The position numbers and the translations under genes were made by a program. Below are positions 60,571-64,000 of a DNA stretch of 64,000 nucleotides, in pieces. The DNA lies in contig CAVPBK010000006.1 in NCBI GenBank assembly GCA_963701855.1, forward strand, positions 96,001-160,000. The letters are read 5' to 3'. The notes below the pieces were generated by a model. It was not told the DNA's origin. It made no database searches and saw nothing but the letters and a program-made list of their open reading frames with translations. Positions within the stretch are counted from its first letter, which is position 1. Each line of letters starts with the position of its first letter. The DNA comes from Nitrospirota bacterium (lineage in GTDB: Bacteria; Nitrospirota; Nitrospiria; Nitrospirales; Nitrospiraceae).

Positions 60571-61275
60571 TCAGGGACTGACGCTGATCCGCTCCTTGAT
60601 CAAATCAAAGGTTTCCTTGGGCACCACGTTCTTGGCGACCAATTCACCCTTCACCCGGTACGGACGATTCGTCACAATGCGGTCTGCCACGTCTTTGGAT
60701 AGGCCGAGCACGAGCACCATATCACCGGCAGATGCCTTATTGACGTTCATAGAGGATGCGATGGGCTGAGGGGCTGTCATCGCCGGGGAAGCCGGCGCCC
60801 CTGAAGGAACGGGACTCACGGACGGCGCGGAAGGCGCCGAGGCTCCTGTCACGGAACGCGATTGATCTTTCAATTCTTTTTGATATCGAGCCACCAGGGA
60901 TTTGAGCGTCTCGTTATGCTGCTTCACATCCTCATATTCATGACGCAAAGCCCGATTCTGGAACGTGAGCTGCCTCACAGAAGCTTCGAGTTCCTTGGTC
61001 CGACCTTCGACACTGCCTCGTTCCTTGTCACGGCCATGTTGAATGCGCTCAAGCTCATCGTGGGCGACCTGAGCTTCGTTCCCAAATTTCATATTGAGAT
61101 CTTTGAGCGTCTTGACTTGCTGTTCCAAGGCATTCTTTTGTGCGCGGACCAGAGCCAACTCGGACCTGGCCGAATCGGTGTCGACCATCGCCTCCTCGTA
61201 CTTCTTTTGACTGACACAGCCGACCATTGAGACTGCGCCGATCATGACGATCGCCGCCATCCACCATGACTTCAT
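60571..61275 (-). CDS. Lipoprotein with long coiled coil and C-terminal helix-hairpin-helix (ComEA-like) domain
   Basis: VGC lipobox, heptad region, Pro/Ser linker, NVNKAS...GL...A.RIV.NRPY. Confidence 0.75.
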   Translation of the reverse strand: MKSWWMAAIVMIGAVSMVGCVSQKKYEEAMVDTDSARSELALVRAQKNALEQQVKTLKDLNMKFGNEAQVAHDELERIQHGRDKERGSVEGRTKELEASVRQLTFQNRALRHEYEDVKQHNETLKSLVARYQKELKDQSRSVTGASAPSAPSVSPVPSGAPASPAMTAPQPIASSMNVNKASAGDMVLVLGLSKDVADRIVTNRPYRVKGELVAKNVVPKETFDLIKERISVSP

Positions 61276-61531
61276 GCGTACCTCCCCTCCCACTGAACGT
61301 GGTATCTGCAACAGATGTCGATTACCCCTCTCATATCCAACAGGCCTGTCGGAATATGAGAGGGCAGTACGGCACCTATACGTACAATGCTGTGTTTATG
61401 CCAAGCCTGTCATTTTGTCAACACATTAACGGGTCCTCCGCCACCACAAAATTGTCGTGCGAGGGTGCAGCGAATCTTCTACCTGCTTGACGGACTGTCC
61501 TCACTTTGTGAATATGCCCGAGACTCACCGT

Positions 61532-61748
61532 CTAGCCCGCATTATTCATGACGGTTCGTGGCGAAATCGCGCAGTCGCCAAGCGAGACAGGCGCGCGGAG
61601 CCGTGAGGGAGGGACGCATACTTGAAACAGTATGTTGACCGGCCGAACGGCGAGCCCGCCTGCCTGGACGCTGGGCCAACCGCGTCCAGGCTTGTCGTAG
61701 CGGCGAATCCGCGATTGCAGCAGAAGCGTTCATGAATAATGCGGGCTA
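61532..61748. mobile_element. Palindromic MITE family B
   Basis: TAGCCCGCATTATTCATGA ... TCATGAATAATGCGGGCTA perfect 19-bp terminal inverted repeat. Confidence 0.75.
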
Positions 61749-61776
61749 AACACAATCTATCTCGGAAAGACATTGC

Positions 61777-62655
61777 ATGAACGAATGGGGTCCTGGTCTC
61801 GCGACGATCTTAGGTATCGTGGAGGGGCTGACAGAGTTTCTACCCGTTTCATCGACCGGCCATTTGATTCTCGTCGGCCACGTCCTAGGATTCGAGGGAG
61901 ACCTCGCTGCCAGCGCCGAGATTTCGATCCAACTTGGCGCCATCCTGGCCGTCATCGCCTATGAACGGCACAAACTCCTGTCCATGATCGGGCAAGCCGG
62001 ACGGGAACAGCAGGACGTCTCCGCGATGATCCGGACACGTGGGACGACCCCATGGTCGACAGTCCTACAAAACTCCTGGGCAACTCACCCAAATCTCTGG
62101 TTTCTCATCGGACTGGGTCTCGCCTTCTTGCCTGCCGCCGCGATCGGATTTCTCACCCATAGCTGGATCAAAAACCATCTCTTCACTCCGCAAACTGTGG
62201 CTGCTTCCTCCATCGTCGGGGGCCTGATTATTCTCGCAGTCGAAGCGCGCCGTGACCAGGCAAAGATCCACCAACTCGAACAGGTGAGCCTGACATCCGC
62301 ATTCTGGATCGGCATGGCTCAGTGCGCCTCATTACTGCCCGGCATGTCACGATCCGGCTCCACGATCATCGGAGGACTCCTCGTAGGACTGGATCGAAAA
62401 GTCGCCACGGAGTACTCGTTCTTTCTCGCACTTCCAACCCTCATCGTCGCGACCTGCTATCAAATGTGGAAATCCCGGGACGTCTTTAGGCAAGACGACT
62501 ATCTGGCTCTCGGGATCGGAATGCTCGTGTCATTCGTCGTTGCTTGGATTGTGATCGCGGCCTTTCTTACGTTTGTGAAACGCCATACACTCCGGCCGTT
62601 TGCCTATTACCGTATCCTTATGGGCATCGTCGTCTTCTATATCTTCGGCTTCTAG
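61777..62655 (+). CDS. uppP: Undecaprenyl-diphosphate phosphatase
   Basis: EGLTEFLPVSSTGH, PGMSRSGSTI, EYSFFLA. Confidence 0.96.
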   Translation: MNEWGPGLATILGIVEGLTEFLPVSSTGHLILVGHVLGFEGDLAASAEISIQLGAILAVIAYERHKLLSMIGQAGREQQDVSAMIRTRGTTPWSTVLQNSWATHPNLWFLIGLGLAFLPAAAIGFLTHSWIKNHLFTPQTVAASSIVGGLIILAVEARRDQAKIHQLEQVSLTSAFWIGMAQCASLLPGMSRSGSTIIGGLLVGLDRKVATEYSFFLALPTLIVATCYQMWKSRDVFRQDDYLALGIGMLVSFVVAWIVIAAFLTFVKRHTLRPFAYYRILMGIVVFYIFGF

Positions 62656-62875
62656 CAGGATGCTGAAAAAGGAAGGAACGGGTGGCCTGGTCGTCCTCCA
62701 GCTTGCGGAACGCGCACACTCGAAAGGTGCTCGTTCGGCGCGCGCAAGCGAGGGTCGACCAGGCCACCCGTTAGAGATAGTGTGAAAGACCGCTGCCAGC
62801 CTTGCTTGCGGAACGGCGCGTCTTGGCGCGCCGGGGTGGGGTAGGTGAGAAGTCCGGCCTTTTTGAGCATCCTGC
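62656..62875. repeat. MITE/REP-like element, family A composite
   Basis: CAGGATGCTGAAAAAGG ... CCTTTTTGAGCATCCTGC, directly after the uppP TAG. Confidence 0.75.
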
Positions 62876-63109
62876 CAATGTTTGCCTACTGCCCAACCGT
62901 GCAGACCGTAAAGTTTCCCATACACCTGTAGTTTTACTCCCGCACTGCCGGCACAATGCCAGCAGGTAATTGGACAGGTACTTAGGATTTCAGTTATTCT
63001 ACAACCGCTTTTGCCCAGTAATCGGTCTTGTGTGAGCCCCATGACTGGGAAAGTAATCAGCCTGATCGTATTGCTATTTTTGATGCACGACAAAGGAGGA
63101 TATCTCACA

Positions 63110-63379
63110 ATGGCTCATTCTCAATCCGACACAGTCCATGTCTTCGATACGTGGGTGAAGGGTACGAAGCGGCTGCTGCACTTTGACGTGATGACGACTG
63201 ATGAGGCGACAGCGCTGACGCTCGCCAAGCAGCATCTGGCCAGCATTGGGGAGGGCGACGTGCCGGTGACAGTGAAAGAATGTCAGTTCTGTCACACTGA
63301 ACCGCTCGTGATGTTTTCCCCCGAACAACAGCGGCAATTTCGCGAGCAAGGCGGGTTCATCATCACCCTCTCGACCTGA
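63110..63379 (+). CDS. DUF2024-like small protein
   Basis: HVFDTWV, HFDV, ECQFCH; AAGGAGG RBS. Confidence 0.8.
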   Translation: MAHSQSDTVHVFDTWVKGTKRLLHFDVMTTDEATALTLAKQHLASIGEGDVPVTVKECQFCHTEPLVMFSPEQQRQFREQGGFIITLST

Positions 63380-63513
63380 GCGCGCGCGAGGGTTGATTTG
63401 GTTCATCTGGTCTGTCTGGTTCATCTGGTTAGTTTCGTTCAACCAAAAAACCAGACAAACCAAACAAACCAAATAACGGTTTTCTTACGCTGACGGGCTT
63501 TTTCAGCATCCTG

Positions 63514-64000
63514 CTATGAAGCTGGTGGAGACTCGTGAGGCAAGAGGGGCACATCTTTCTTCTCAAAGGCGAAATGAATGATCAAGAAGACGACCCCCAC
63601 GCTGATCGCCGAATCGGCGACATTGAAAGCCGGCCAATGGTAGGAGTCCACATAGACATCGAGAAAATCGATCACCTCGCCATACCGTAATCGATCGATC
63701 AAATTCCCGATCGCCCCTCCAAGAATTCCCGCAATACTGAGCTGCCCCATCCAATCTTTCTTCGGCAACCGGAAGAGAATCGTTCCTAGTAGGGCCAGAG
63801 CAAACAGCGATGTGACCCCGAAGAACACCATGCGAAATGCGTCGCTGCTACCGGCCAGCAATCCAAAGGCGGCGCCGGGATTACGGATATAGGTCAGGCT
63901 GAAGAGATTGGGAACGATCGGAATGGATTCATTCAGTCGCATCGACTGCACGATAGACAGCTTCGTCGCCTGATCGATCGCGACGATCGCGCCGGCCAGC
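63514..64000 (-). CDS. lspA: Lipoprotein signal peptidase (5' end outside the window)
   Basis: NPGAAFG, GAIGNLIDR, VIDF, WPAFNVAD. Confidence 0.96.
   Translation of the reverse strand, partial: LAGAIVAIDQATKLSIVQSMRLNESIPIVPNLFSLTYIRNPGAAFGLLAGSSDAFRMVFFGVTSLFALALLGTILFRLPKKDWMGQLSIAGILGGAIGNLIDRLRYGEVIDFLDVYVDSYHWPAFNVADSAISVGVVFLIIHFAFEKKDVPLLPHESPPAS

Noticed and set aside
61542..61773. Short ORFs within MITE copies (also 58017-58250, 62530-63108, 3075-3450, 10599-10979, 47281-47612)
   Set aside because: They lie largely in repeat DNA and recur as similar spurious translations.

Overview
This is a chromosomal window from a Nitrospira-like bacterium. A comammox-type amoC and an AmoD/PmoD-family gene suggest a complete ammonia oxidiser; this taxonomy is inferred from protein sequences only. 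The core backbone includes trxB, thiI, queG, mutS2, gap-pgk-tpiA-secG, ilvE, rplU-rpmA-obgE-proB-nadD-rsfS-lapB-like-bioB, class 1A pyrD, comF, a mraZ-like gene, a MacAB-like ABC exporter, uppP and lspA. Two accessory zones interrupt it. Zone 1 (about 6.5-26.6 kb) holds gene remnants (mscL, a duplicated regulator 3' segment, an interrupted nucleotide-cyclase-like gene). It also holds the most interesting locus: a stand-alone amoC divergent from a frameshifted GAF-PAS sigma-54 activator, followed by a STAS-like gene, an FtsH paralog and an amoD/pmoD-like gene. Both arms carry a -24/-12 promoter and the same tandem TGCYGA-N4-TCRGCA palindromes, suggesting a sigma-54-controlled AMO maintenance or repair regulon. 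Zone 2 (about 42.4-45 kb) is a decayed defence spot with a fic gene and restriction-modification methyltransferase remnants. Intergenic DNA is rich in MITE/REP-like repeats, one family of which repeatedly starts at TAG stop codons. I saw no rRNA, tRNA, CRISPR array or intact transposase. All assignments come from motif recognition by eye; no database searches were run.
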